Assembly (NCBI GenBank): GCA_964485845.1
Contig: CAZAKP010000003.1
Span: forward strand, 1 to 43,069
Length of the DNA: 43,069 nucleotides
DNA from: an uncultured bacterium
GTDB lineage: Bacteria > Hydrothermota > Tepidihabitantia > Tepidihabitantales > Tepidihabitantaceae
Direction: 5' to 3'
This document shows, piece by piece, positions 7,723-15,565 of this stretch. Made by a program: the position numbers and the translations under genes. The notes under the pieces were generated by a model. That model did not search any database. It worked only from the letters and a program-made list of their open reading frames with translations, and was not told the DNA's origin. The first letter of the stretch is position 1; each line of letters opens with the position of its first letter.

Positions 7723-7751
7723 ATTCTATGATTCGCGTTTTGCGTTGTCAA
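7723..7751 (-). promoter_or_regulatory. Sigma70-type promoter of the PqqD / peptide / T9SS-cargo / kinase-like operon
   Basis: The minus strand reads TTGACA-N17-TAGAAT (-35 at 7746-7751, -10 at 7723-7728). Confidence 0.5.
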
Positions 7752-7841
7752 GGGGTAAATCCGGCGAAGGACAAACGGGTGTGGCCGCCGAAGGCTGTCA
7801 GTGGTCCGCGGGCGAGATCTCGTTTCGGGGGCGAGTCAGCG

Positions 7842-7870
7842 TTGACTTGGCAGCAGTTATCGGCTAGAAA
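7842..7870 (+). promoter_or_regulatory. Sigma70-type promoter 6 nt upstream of the M23 peptidase GTG (leaderless geometry)
   Basis: TTGACT (7842-7847), N17, TAGAAA (7865-7870), then 6 nt, then GTG at 7877. Confidence 0.45.
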
Positions 7871-7876
7871 CTGTGA

Positions 7877-8452
7877 GTGTTGTTTCGCAGGCGGCGCACA
7901 GCGGTGAGACGATTCTTCGCGTTCTTTGCCCCGCTGGCGCTCCTAGCCGCGGGCGGCTGCGCCGCTCTGTATACGGTGACACCGCGCTACTCGCGCGGTA
8001 ATCCGCGGTCGGGCGGGAGGGAAACCACGCCGCAACAAGGCACGGCCGGGCGGGCCCGGAAGGTTCAGGCGGACGGCCGGAAGGGGGTGCTGCCCTGGCC
8101 GGCGCAGGGACAGGTAGTCACGGGGTTCGGCAGTGTCGTCGACCCGAGGTACGGGACGACGACCAAGAGCACGGGCATCGATGTCATTACCCGGAGCGGC
8201 AGCCAGGTTGTGGCGGTTGACTCAGGTACGGTGAGTTTCGCAGACATCTTCATGGGCTATGGCCGGATGGTCATCATCGACCATGGGAAACGGATTCACA
8301 GCATCTATTCGAGGCTGGCCGAGGTGAAGGTGAAAGTAGGCAACAAGGTGGCGAAGGGCGGCGTCATCGCTCTTGCCGGAGATACGCTGCATTTCGAGTT
8401 CCGGGTCGGGGGGAAGTCGGTCGACCCGATGGAATGGCTTGTACCAAGATGA
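7877..8452 (+). CDS. M23 family (LytM-domain) metallopeptidase lipoprotein
   Basis: Contains a lipobox LLAAGGC. The C-terminal region GIDVITRSGSQVVAVDSGTVSFAD...GRMVIIDHGKRIHSIYSRL...GDTLHFEFRVGGKSVDP is typical of M23. An alternative start is GTG 7904. Confidence 0.85.
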   Translation: MLFRRRRTAVRRFFAFFAPLALLAAGGCAALYTVTPRYSRGNPRSGGRETTPQQGTAGRARKVQADGRKGVLPWPAQGQVVTGFGSVVDPRYGTTTKSTGIDVITRSGSQVVAVDSGTVSFADIFMGYGRMVIIDHGKRIHSIYSRLAEVKVKVGNKVAKGGVIALAGDTLHFEFRVGGKSVDPMEWLVPR

Positions 8453-8463
8453 GGACTCGGATA

Positions 8464-8700
8464 GTTCAGAAGTCAGAGTTCAGAAACCAGAGTTCAGAAT
8501 TGCGGACCGGAATGGGAACCACCGATGAACACAGATGAACACTGATTGCGGCGACGGAGAAACCAGAAGCCGAAGCCGCAGATGAACGCCGATGAACGCA
8601 GATGCCGTTGACGGAGAAACCAGAGACCAGAGACCAGAAACTAGAAGCTGGAACCATGGATGAATACAGATGAACGCAGATGGGGGCTGCGGGAATCTGG
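8464..8700. repeat. Composite intergenic micro-repeat region (heptamer arrays NNNCAGA plus three GATGAACRCN decamer doublets)
   Basis: Heptamer arrays are at 8464-8498 (GTTCAGA AGTCAGA GTTCAGA AACCAGA GTTCAGA) and 8618-8652 (AACCAGA GACCAGA GACCAGA AACTAGA AGCTGGA). Decamer doublets are at 8524-8546, 8581-8604 and 8659-8682. Confidence 0.8.
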
Positions 8701-8745
8701 AAGACCGGGACCCACAAACTGCAGATCTGAAACTGGAACCGGAGA

Positions 8746-8773
8746 TTGACATTGGCTGGGAGCGGGCTAGATT
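8746..8773 (+). promoter_or_regulatory. Sigma70-type promoter of the HEAT-repeat protein gene
   Basis: TTGACA (8746-8751), N16, TAGATT (8768-8773). This is followed by a 25-nt leader carrying AAGGAG. Confidence 0.5.
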
Positions 8774-8798
8774 GACTTCTCCAAAAAGGAGTATGACT

Positions 8799-11705
8799 AT
8801 GCGTAAATACGTCGCTTCCGCGTTGTTGGTCCTGGCTGCGATTGCGGCAGCCGACTCGCTGTCTGCGGTCAAGGGCATCGATTCGCTGAGCATGAGCGCC
8901 ATTAAGCTCGGGATGGACGCGAACGGGATGCAGGTTGACGAGCTGGGTTTCTTCAAGCAGTGGTCGGTGGACAGCTTCTTCAGGTTGAAGGTAGTTGACC
9001 GGCTGCTCGACCATCCGCTGGAGGTCGTCGCCTATACCGAGTCGACAGCGGCACGGACAGTATCGCTCGAGTCCCTGCCGGCGGGCAAGATGCTCGACGA
9101 GTGGCGGGTGCTGGACTGCGGCATCAGCCCCGGTGATTCGGCCCGGCTCTGGAAAGAGGTCGAAGCCAAGGCGAAGACGCAGCTTCCCGGCACTGAAGGC
9201 CTGGGTGAGATTGGACGTTCCATCAACCTGCTGCTTGCCAGCTATCGCGTGGGGGACAAGTACCTGAAGCAGGCTGTTGCGAAGCTCTCGCCTTACGAGT
9301 TGGACGGGCTGCTGGGCGAAGGCCCGGACTTCTGGAAGGACGAGGACGACACGGTCGAGAAGTCGTTCAGCGGCAAGATGCATCAGGAGTTCGGCAAGCA
9401 GTACGACACGAGCCGCGAGTTCAAGCTGGAAACCCTGACCGTGTACGTGCGGAAGCTGGACCGGCACGCGCTGGCGCTGTCGGGCATGGCGGTCGTGATG
9501 GCCGCGACTGAGGCCCGGCGCTTGATTGCGGGCCGCCCAGTGAATCCCCATATTCCTAGCCCGCACGAATACGACACGCCAAACGCTCCGGGCGTTGACG
9601 GCGGCGTCTTGTTCAGCGCCGAGACTGAATGGGGCAAGGTGGTCGTCGGTAAGCAGGGCGACAATGTCTACCATGATGACTGCTGTATCTTGATCGACGT
9701 AGGCGGCAATGACCGTTACATGAACCGGGCCGGTGGCGCGGTCGGGTTCCTGTCCAAGCCTTTCAGCACGGTGATTGACATGGCGGGCAATGACTACTAC
9801 TGGTCGGACCGCCTGTACAGCCAGGGCGCGGCTTTGTTCGGCGTGGGAATACTGATTGACTGCCAGGGTGATGACGTCTACCGTGCGGCTCACTATTCGC
9901 AGGGCGCGTCCCAATTCGGGACCGGACTTCTGTGGGATATGTCGGGTACGGACCTCTACGATGCCGGGTTCTTCGCCCAGGGCGCGAGCGACTTCGGGAC
10001 CGCGTTGCTCATGGACAACAGCGGGAACGACAACTATCGGTGCTGGTGCTACGGGCAGGGGTTTGCTTCGACGTGGGCGGCAGGTACGCTGGCCGACTTC
10101 GCGGGGAACGACGTGTACACGGCGGGCGGGAAGTATCTGCACGTGCCGCTTCTGCCGCACGAGTATCGTTCGTTCTCGCACGGGTTTGCCATCGGACGCA
10201 GGCCGGATGCGGGCGGGGGCGTGGCCCTTTTGTGTGACCAGTCGGGAAACGACTTCTACGATGGCGAGGTGTTCTGCGAGGCGACGAGCTACTGGTATTC
10301 GCTCGGTATGATCTGGGACGGGTCGGGCTACGACCACTACACCGCGGCGCAGTACACGCAGGGGGCAGGTATCCACCTGTCGGTCGGAGTACTGGTGGAC
10401 GAGGGAGGCTGCGATTCGTACATGACGCGCCTCGGGCCGGCTCAGGGCCAGGGGCACGACCTTTCGGTCGGCGCGCTGGTGGACCGCGGCGGCGACGATT
10501 ACTATTGCTGTTCCGGTGGGCAGGGCATCGGGCTGACCAACTCGGCCGCGTTCCTGATTGACGAGGACGGGAACGACTGCTACGTGACGCAGGATTCGCT
10601 CCTCGGCCAGGGTTCGAGCAACTTCGCGCGCGGGTTCGGCGGCATGGGTATCTTCGCCGATCTGGCAGGTACGGACAAGTACAGTCAGCGCAACGTGGCG
10701 ACCGAGCGGGCGTTCTGGACCAAGGGCACGTACGGGTCGGGCCTCGACTTTGACCGGCCGGCCTCGGTCGAGAACTTCGAGCCGGACGTGGACACTTCGA
10801 GCGCGAGCATCGATAGCATCATCACCGCGCCGGTCGAGAGCGTATTCAAGACTGCATCGATGTGGCGGGTAGGGAACGTGATAAAGAAGGTGGAGCGGGC
10901 GCGGAAGGAACTCGTGAAGCTCGGACCCAAGGCGCTTCGGTACGTGGCCGAGAAGAAGATGGATACGAAGGATGGGCTTGAGTCCGAGGCGATAGAGGTG
11001 CTGGTCAAGGCGTGGCCGGATTCCTCAAAGCCGTATCTCTACAAGGCGCTTCGGGACGAGCGACTGCTCGCGCGGAATAACGCGGCCTATTTCCTCGGCA
11101 AGCTGGGCCGGGATGGCTTCGATGCCGTGGAGTCCATCTATGTCGCGCTCAAGGACAAGAGAATCAGCCCGCGGCGCGGCGTCTACGCGTTCGGCGACAT
11201 CGGCGACTCGCTGGTCGTGCCGAGGATGCTCTACCTGCTGTCCGACAAGATGGAGATTTCGCGCATCGTTACGGCCGAGGCCTGCGGCAAGCTGAAGAAC
11301 CCGGTCGCGATTCCGGACCTCATCAAGGCGCTCGGCGACAGGTACTTCACCGTCAGGTCTGCGGCCGAGGCGGCGCTCGTCGCCATCGGCCGGCCCAGTC
11401 TTGAGCCGGTCATGGCCGGGCTGCCGAAGCTCAAGCCGGTCGCGCTCGGACACGCGCTCAGGACCGCCGGGGCGCTGGCTGCGAAGCTGGATACGACCGA
11501 GGCGGATTCAGAAGTCAAAACCGGTCTGCGCGACGCGTTCATGTCATACGTCACGCATCCCGACAACTTCGTGCGCATCCAGGCGGTCGCGGCCTCGGGC
11601 GTGGTGCTCGACGACGCCACCTGCTCGGCCCTGCAGTCTGCGCGCGCCAACGAGAAGGACTGGTTCGTCCTCTCAAAGTACAGAGAGGTTTTGGGGGCGA
11701 GGTAG
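8799..11705 (+). CDS. Secreted protein with ~26-aa GxDxY beta-helix-like repeats and C-terminal HEAT (PBS-lyase-type) repeats
   Basis: AAGGAG lies 7 nt upstream of ATG 8799, followed by the signal peptide MRKYVASALLVLAAIAAA. About 11-12 repeats of the type VIDMAGNDYYWSDRLYSQGAALFG follow. The C-terminus has HEAT-like ...NNAAYFLGKLG...VYAFGDIGD...EACGKLKN...AIPDLIKALGDRYFTVRSAAEAAL. Confidence 0.8.
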   Translation: MRKYVASALLVLAAIAAADSLSAVKGIDSLSMSAIKLGMDANGMQVDELGFFKQWSVDSFFRLKVVDRLLDHPLEVVAYTESTAARTVSLESLPAGKMLDEWRVLDCGISPGDSARLWKEVEAKAKTQLPGTEGLGEIGRSINLLLASYRVGDKYLKQAVAKLSPYELDGLLGEGPDFWKDEDDTVEKSFSGKMHQEFGKQYDTSREFKLETLTVYVRKLDRHALALSGMAVVMAATEARRLIAGRPVNPHIPSPHEYDTPNAPGVDGGVLFSAETEWGKVVVGKQGDNVYHDDCCILIDVGGNDRYMNRAGGAVGFLSKPFSTVIDMAGNDYYWSDRLYSQGAALFGVGILIDCQGDDVYRAAHYSQGASQFGTGLLWDMSGTDLYDAGFFAQGASDFGTALLMDNSGNDNYRCWCYGQGFASTWAAGTLADFAGNDVYTAGGKYLHVPLLPHEYRSFSHGFAIGRRPDAGGGVALLCDQSGNDFYDGEVFCEATSYWYSLGMIWDGSGYDHYTAAQYTQGAGIHLSVGVLVDEGGCDSYMTRLGPAQGQGHDLSVGALVDRGGDDYYCCSGGQGIGLTNSAAFLIDEDGNDCYVTQDSLLGQGSSNFARGFGGMGIFADLAGTDKYSQRNVATERAFWTKGTYGSGLDFDRPASVENFEPDVDTSSASIDSIITAPVESVFKTASMWRVGNVIKKVERARKELVKLGPKALRYVAEKKMDTKDGLESEAIEVLVKAWPDSSKPYLYKALRDERLLARNNAAYFLGKLGRDGFDAVESIYVALKDKRISPRRGVYAFGDIGDSLVVPRMLYLLSDKMEISRIVTAEACGKLKNPVAIPDLIKALGDRYFTVRSAAEAALVAIGRPSLEPVMAGLPKLKPVALGHALRTAGALAAKLDTTEADSEVKTGLRDAFMSYVTHPDNFVRIQAVAASGVVLDDATCSALQSARANEKDWFVLSKYREVLGAR

Positions 11706-11833
11706 AGCGCGGACGAAGGCAGATGTAAGACGAGAGAGGTTAGATGTGAGAAGTAGAAGGACCAGACCCGTTGGCGAGCAACGGCAAGAGCACGCCAAGG
11801 GCGCGTCGCACAGACGAGGGCTATGTTGGGGAG

Positions 11834-11907
11834 TAGCGGGGGCTGGATTCGAACCAGCGACCTTGAGGTTATGAGCCTCACGAGCTTCCAGGCTGCTCCA
11901 CCCCGCA
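11834..11907 (-). tRNA. tRNA-Met (anticodon CAT), initiator-like body
   Basis: The reverse complement TGCGGGG TG GAGC AGCCTGGAA GCTC G TGAGG CTCATAA CCTCA AGGTC GCTGG TTCGAAT CCAGC CCCCGCT A closely parallels bacterial tRNA-fMet. The 1:72 position is unpaired (T/T). Confidence 0.85.
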
Positions 11908-11919
11908 ATCAGCACACGT

Positions 11920-11948
11920 ATTAAAGCAAGAACCACCTCCTTAGTCAA
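11920..11948 (-). promoter_or_regulatory. Sigma70-type promoter of tRNA-Met
   Basis: The minus strand reads TTGACT (11943-11948), N17, TTTAAT (11920-11925), about 12 nt upstream of the tRNA 5' end. Confidence 0.5.
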
Positions 11949-12097
11949 GGATAATGGTGGGCCCTGAATCGGGCGCGAGGCGCTCCACGAAGATACGGAG
12001 AGCGGTAAGCAGTTCGGGTAGTCGCCTGGTGTTCCTGGTGGTCCAGCGTCGAGTTTGCTGCTGTAGATGCTTTGTGGATGGAGGAGTATAATGTCCC

Positions 12098-12610
12098 ATG
12101 GTTGAGCCCCAAACTGCGGAACCCGGCAGGTCCGGAGCTAACCGGGTCGTCGTCGCGCTCGGGATGGCGATGGCCGCGTTCGCTCTGGCCGCTGCCTTGT
12201 TTGTCGTCGCCAAGAGCCTGCGCCGGGTCCGGCCGGAACCGCTGCCGCCGTCGCTGAAGACTGCTCCACCAGACACCGGGTTGGTGATGTTCCGCGCGAG
12301 CATGCGACGCAAGGTGACGAACCTGATGGCCCGGTGCGAGTCTAAGAGGAAGCAGCTCGGGGGCAGGATGACGCCGGCGCAGGATTCGCTGAGCCGGCGG
12401 TGCGACTCGGCCATCGCCGAGGTGCGGGGTCGGATCGCGGCGTTCGACACGATCAGCCGGGCAAACCGGAAGGTCAGTGCAGACAGCGTTCGGTCGGCGT
12501 ACGACCGCGCTAAACTCGCTGCGAGGCTCTTTACTCGCTCCGCGACGTGGAGCGACGTTATCGGCCAGGATTCGCTCGACCTTGAAATAAAGAGGCTGAT
12601 CAGCGAGTAG
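12098..12610 (+). CDS. Hypothetical membrane-anchored protein
   Basis: 170-codon ORF with one N-terminal hydrophobic helix (VVVALGMAMAAFALAAALFVVA). A perfect TATAAT (12087-12092) lies 5 nt upstream of the ATG. Confidence 0.5.
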   Translation: MVEPQTAEPGRSGANRVVVALGMAMAAFALAAALFVVAKSLRRVRPEPLPPSLKTAPPDTGLVMFRASMRRKVTNLMARCESKRKQLGGRMTPAQDSLSRRCDSAIAEVRGRIAAFDTISRANRKVSADSVRSAYDRAKLAARLFTRSATWSDVIGQDSLDLEIKRLISE

Positions 12611-12661
12611 CGGGACAGACTCGTTTCGGCGCCGGGTCGGGGACGGCCCGGCGTGCCTTTC

Positions 12662-12689
12662 TTGACTCATGGTGAGTTTCGCCTATCTT
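12662..12689 (+). promoter_or_regulatory. Sigma70-type promoter 5 nt upstream of an in-frame purL GTG (leaderless geometry)
   Basis: TTGACT (12662-12667), N16, TATCTT (12684-12689), then 5 nt, then GTG at 12695. Confidence 0.45.
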
Positions 12690-12694
12690 GGCCT

Positions 12695-15565
12695 GTGCTT
12701 TGGCGCATCGAGATAACCAAGACGACAACCGACCCGGAAGCGAAGGCGCTCGAATCCGACATTCGCGACATAGCGGGCGGAGCGACCGCCGATGTCCGGA
12801 TTACCCGCCTCTACTACCTCGATGGTGACATCGGCAAGCCGGAAGCCGAGCGGATTGCCGCCGAGGTGCTCTGCGACCCGGTCTGCGAGAGCTCCTGCGT
12901 TCGTCCCGCGGTGGTCGCGCCCACCGGCACGGAGGTGTTGTACAATCCTGGAGTGATGGACCCGAGTGTGGAGAGTATCGCCCGCTCGCTCGCCGACCTC
13001 GGGTTCGAGCACGTCGAGGTCCGCACCGGCCGCGCGTATGAGTTCGAGTTCAGCGGCGGCCGGGGCCGGCGCGCCGCCGATTCGATCCGAAACCTGATCG
13101 TCAGGGGGCTCTTGGTCAATCCGATCATCCAGCATGCGGCCAGGCCCGGGGAGCAGGTCTTCGTCCATACGAAGCCGTACCGGTTCAGGAAGAGCGCAGT
13201 GAAGCTGCGCGGGCTTTCCGGGCCGGAGCTCGTGGAGCTTTCCAAACAGGGGCTTCTGGCCTTGAGTCGCGCGGAGATGCGTGCCCTGCAGAAATACTTT
13301 GAGAGGCTGGGCCGCGACCCGACCGATGTTGAGTTGGAGACGTTTGCCCAGACGTGGTCCGAGCACTGCCAGCACAAGACGTTCAAGGGCATGATTGACA
13401 TCGACGGCAGGAAGGTGAAGAATCTGCTCAAGTCGACGGTGTTCAAGCTGACTCAGGAGCTGAACCTGCCGTGGTGCCTATCGGTGTTCCACGACAATTC
13501 AGGCGTAATCGATTTCGACGAACGGTACGGCGTCAGCTTCAAGGTCGAAACGCACAACCACCCTTCCGCACTTGAACCCTACGGAGGAGCGGCAACGGGA
13601 ATCGGTGGAGTCATCCGCGATTGCCTGGGAACCGGGCTCGGGGCGAGGCCGATTCTGAACACCGACGTGTTCTGCTTCGCGCCGATCGACACCCGGTCGG
13701 AGGAGGTCCCGCGCGGCGTTCTCCATCCGCGTCGAGTGATGAAAGGCGTGGTTGCAGGCGTCCGCGACTACGGCAATCGGATGGGCATTCCGACGGCCAA
13801 CGGAGCCGTCTACTTCGACCCGGGCTTCCTCGGTAACCCGCTGGTTTTCTGCGGGACTCTGGGCCTTATTCCTAAGGACAGACTCGTCAAGCAGGTACGG
13901 CCCGGCCAGCAGATTGTGTTGCTCGGGGGAAGAACCGGACGGGACGGCATTCACGGCGTGACTTTTGCCTCGCTGGAATTGCACCAGAAGTCTGAAGAGA
14001 TCTCAGGCGGCGCGGTCCAGATTGGGAACCCGATTGAAGAGAAGAAGGTAGCCGACGTCGTCCTCGCCGCCCGCGACCGGGGTCTGTTCAGCGCCATCAC
14101 CGATTGCGGTGGCGGCGGGCTCTCGTCTGCGGTCGGCGAGCTCGCGAGCGATCAGGGTTGCGAGGTCTGGCTGGACCGCGTGCCGCTGAAGTATGCCGGG
14201 CTGTCACCGGCCGAGATATGGATATCCGAGGCCCAGGAGCGCATGGTCGTCTTTGCCGGGCAGGACCAGGTCAAGGAGCTGCTCGAATTGGCGGAAACGA
14301 ACGACGTCGAGGCCACGGTAATCGGCAGGGTCACAGGCAAGAGCCGTTTGGTGCTCAAGTTCCGCGCGCATCGGGTGGCGGACATCGACATGAAGTTTCT
14401 GCATCGCGGTTGGCGCGGCACGTCCAAGAAGGCGCATTGGCAGCGGCCGGAGACAGCCGACCCTTCGGTGCCGACCGGCCAGGACCTGACCGCCGAGATA
14501 CTCAAGCTGTTGCAGGCGCCGAATATCGCCAGCAAAGAATGGGTGGTCAGGCAGTACGACCACGAGGTACAGGGCACGTCCGGACTGAAGCCGTTCTGCG
14601 GTCAGAGAAACACTGGTCCGAGTGACGCGTGCGTGGTGATGCCGATTCGCGGCTCACTGCGGGCGTGCGTGGTGGCGTGCGGACTGTGCCCGCGGTATGG
14701 ACTCATCGATCCCTACTGGATGGCGGCATCGGCCATCGATGAAGCCCTGCGTAACTGCGTCGCGGTCGGTGTCGACATTGAGCGCGTCGCCCTGCTGGAC
14801 AATTTCTGCTGGGGCAGTCCGGACCGCCCGGACCAGCTCGCCGGGCTGGTGAGGGCCGCCGAGGCGTGCTATGACATCGGCAGGAAGTACCGGGTGCCGT
14901 TTATTTCCGGCAAGGACTCGCTGTACAACGAGTTCAAGAACGAGTCGGGCGAATCACTGCCCATCCCGCCGACTCTGCTTATTTCGGCGGTAGGCGTCAT
15001 CCCGGATGCATCCCGCACAACCACCCCGGATCTGAAGGATGTGGGTTCGTCCGTCTACCTGCTTGGAGAGACACGTGAAGAGCTCGGAGGCAGCGAGTAC
15101 TTCCGTCGGCACCAGGGCCTCGGACGCGAAGTGCCCAAGGTCGATGCGGCGCGCGGACGCCGGACCATGGTCGCCGTCGGTTCAGCCATCCGCAGCGGCA
15201 TTGTTACCGCCTGCCACGACGTTTCTGACGGCGGTCTGGGGATAGCCATGGCCGAAATGTGTTTCGCCGGCGGAATCGGGGCGCGGCTCTCCCTGGACAA
15301 GGTCCCCGGGAGCCAGCGGTTCAAGCGCGACGACTTCCTGCTCTTCAGTGAGTCCAACAGCCGTTTCCTTTGCGAGGTGCCGCCGCGGCAACGCGATGCA
15401 TTCGAAAGCCTGGCCGCAGGCTTGAGGATCCCCTGCCGAGCCATCGGGCGTACGATAGCGGAACCGGAGTTGATAGTCGACGGGTTGCGTGGCGACACGC
15501 TGGTGCGCCTCAGTTTGAGCGAGGCCGAGAGCGCTTGGCGCCGGGCGCTGACCCGTCGCCTCTAG
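12695..15565 (+). CDS. purL: Phosphoribosylformylglycinamidine synthase subunit PurL with fused PurS-like N-terminal domain
   Basis: The PurL signature ...FAQTWSEHCQHKTFKG... and AIR-synthase-like repeats are present. About 185 extra N-terminal residues begin LWRIEITKTTTDPEAKALESDIRDI...DVRITRLYYLDG, which is PurS-like. There is no glutaminase domain. The ORF-track start is 12653. Confidence 0.9.
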   Translation: MLWRIEITKTTTDPEAKALESDIRDIAGGATADVRITRLYYLDGDIGKPEAERIAAEVLCDPVCESSCVRPAVVAPTGTEVLYNPGVMDPSVESIARSLADLGFEHVEVRTGRAYEFEFSGGRGRRAADSIRNLIVRGLLVNPIIQHAARPGEQVFVHTKPYRFRKSAVKLRGLSGPELVELSKQGLLALSRAEMRALQKYFERLGRDPTDVELETFAQTWSEHCQHKTFKGMIDIDGRKVKNLLKSTVFKLTQELNLPWCLSVFHDNSGVIDFDERYGVSFKVETHNHPSALEPYGGAATGIGGVIRDCLGTGLGARPILNTDVFCFAPIDTRSEEVPRGVLHPRRVMKGVVAGVRDYGNRMGIPTANGAVYFDPGFLGNPLVFCGTLGLIPKDRLVKQVRPGQQIVLLGGRTGRDGIHGVTFASLELHQKSEEISGGAVQIGNPIEEKKVADVVLAARDRGLFSAITDCGGGGLSSAVGELASDQGCEVWLDRVPLKYAGLSPAEIWISEAQERMVVFAGQDQVKELLELAETNDVEATVIGRVTGKSRLVLKFRAHRVADIDMKFLHRGWRGTSKKAHWQRPETADPSVPTGQDLTAEILKLLQAPNIASKEWVVRQYDHEVQGTSGLKPFCGQRNTGPSDACVVMPIRGSLRACVVACGLCPRYGLIDPYWMAASAIDEALRNCVAVGVDIERVALLDNFCWGSPDRPDQLAGLVRAAEACYDIGRKYRVPFISGKDSLYNEFKNESGESLPIPPTLLISAVGVIPDASRTTTPDLKDVGSSVYLLGETREELGGSEYFRRHQGLGREVPKVDAARGRRTMVAVGSAIRSGIVTACHDVSDGGLGIAMAEMCFAGGIGARLSLDKVPGSQRFKRDDFLLFSESNSRFLCEVPPRQRDAFESLAAGLRIPCRAIGRTIAEPELIVDGLRGDTLVRLSLSEAESAWRRALTRRL

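Noticed and set aside
7148-7867. 239-aa plus-strand ORF spanning the PqqD/M23 intergenic region
   Set aside because: It is antisense to the PqqD-like gene and runs through two predicted promoters. There is no SD and the composition is noncoding-like.
8464-8700. Possible CRISPR array
   Set aside because: The repeat units are only 7-10 nt and are directly tandem, with no unique spacers of 25-40 nt. No cas genes are present in the window.
8466-10457. 663-aa minus-strand ORF, one of the largest in the track
   Set aside because: It is antisense to the well-supported HEAT-repeat gene (8799-11705). Its composition is Arg/Pro/Val-rich, as expected for an antisense frame in high-GC DNA. Its C-terminal part is only a translation of the micro-repeat block at 8464-8700.
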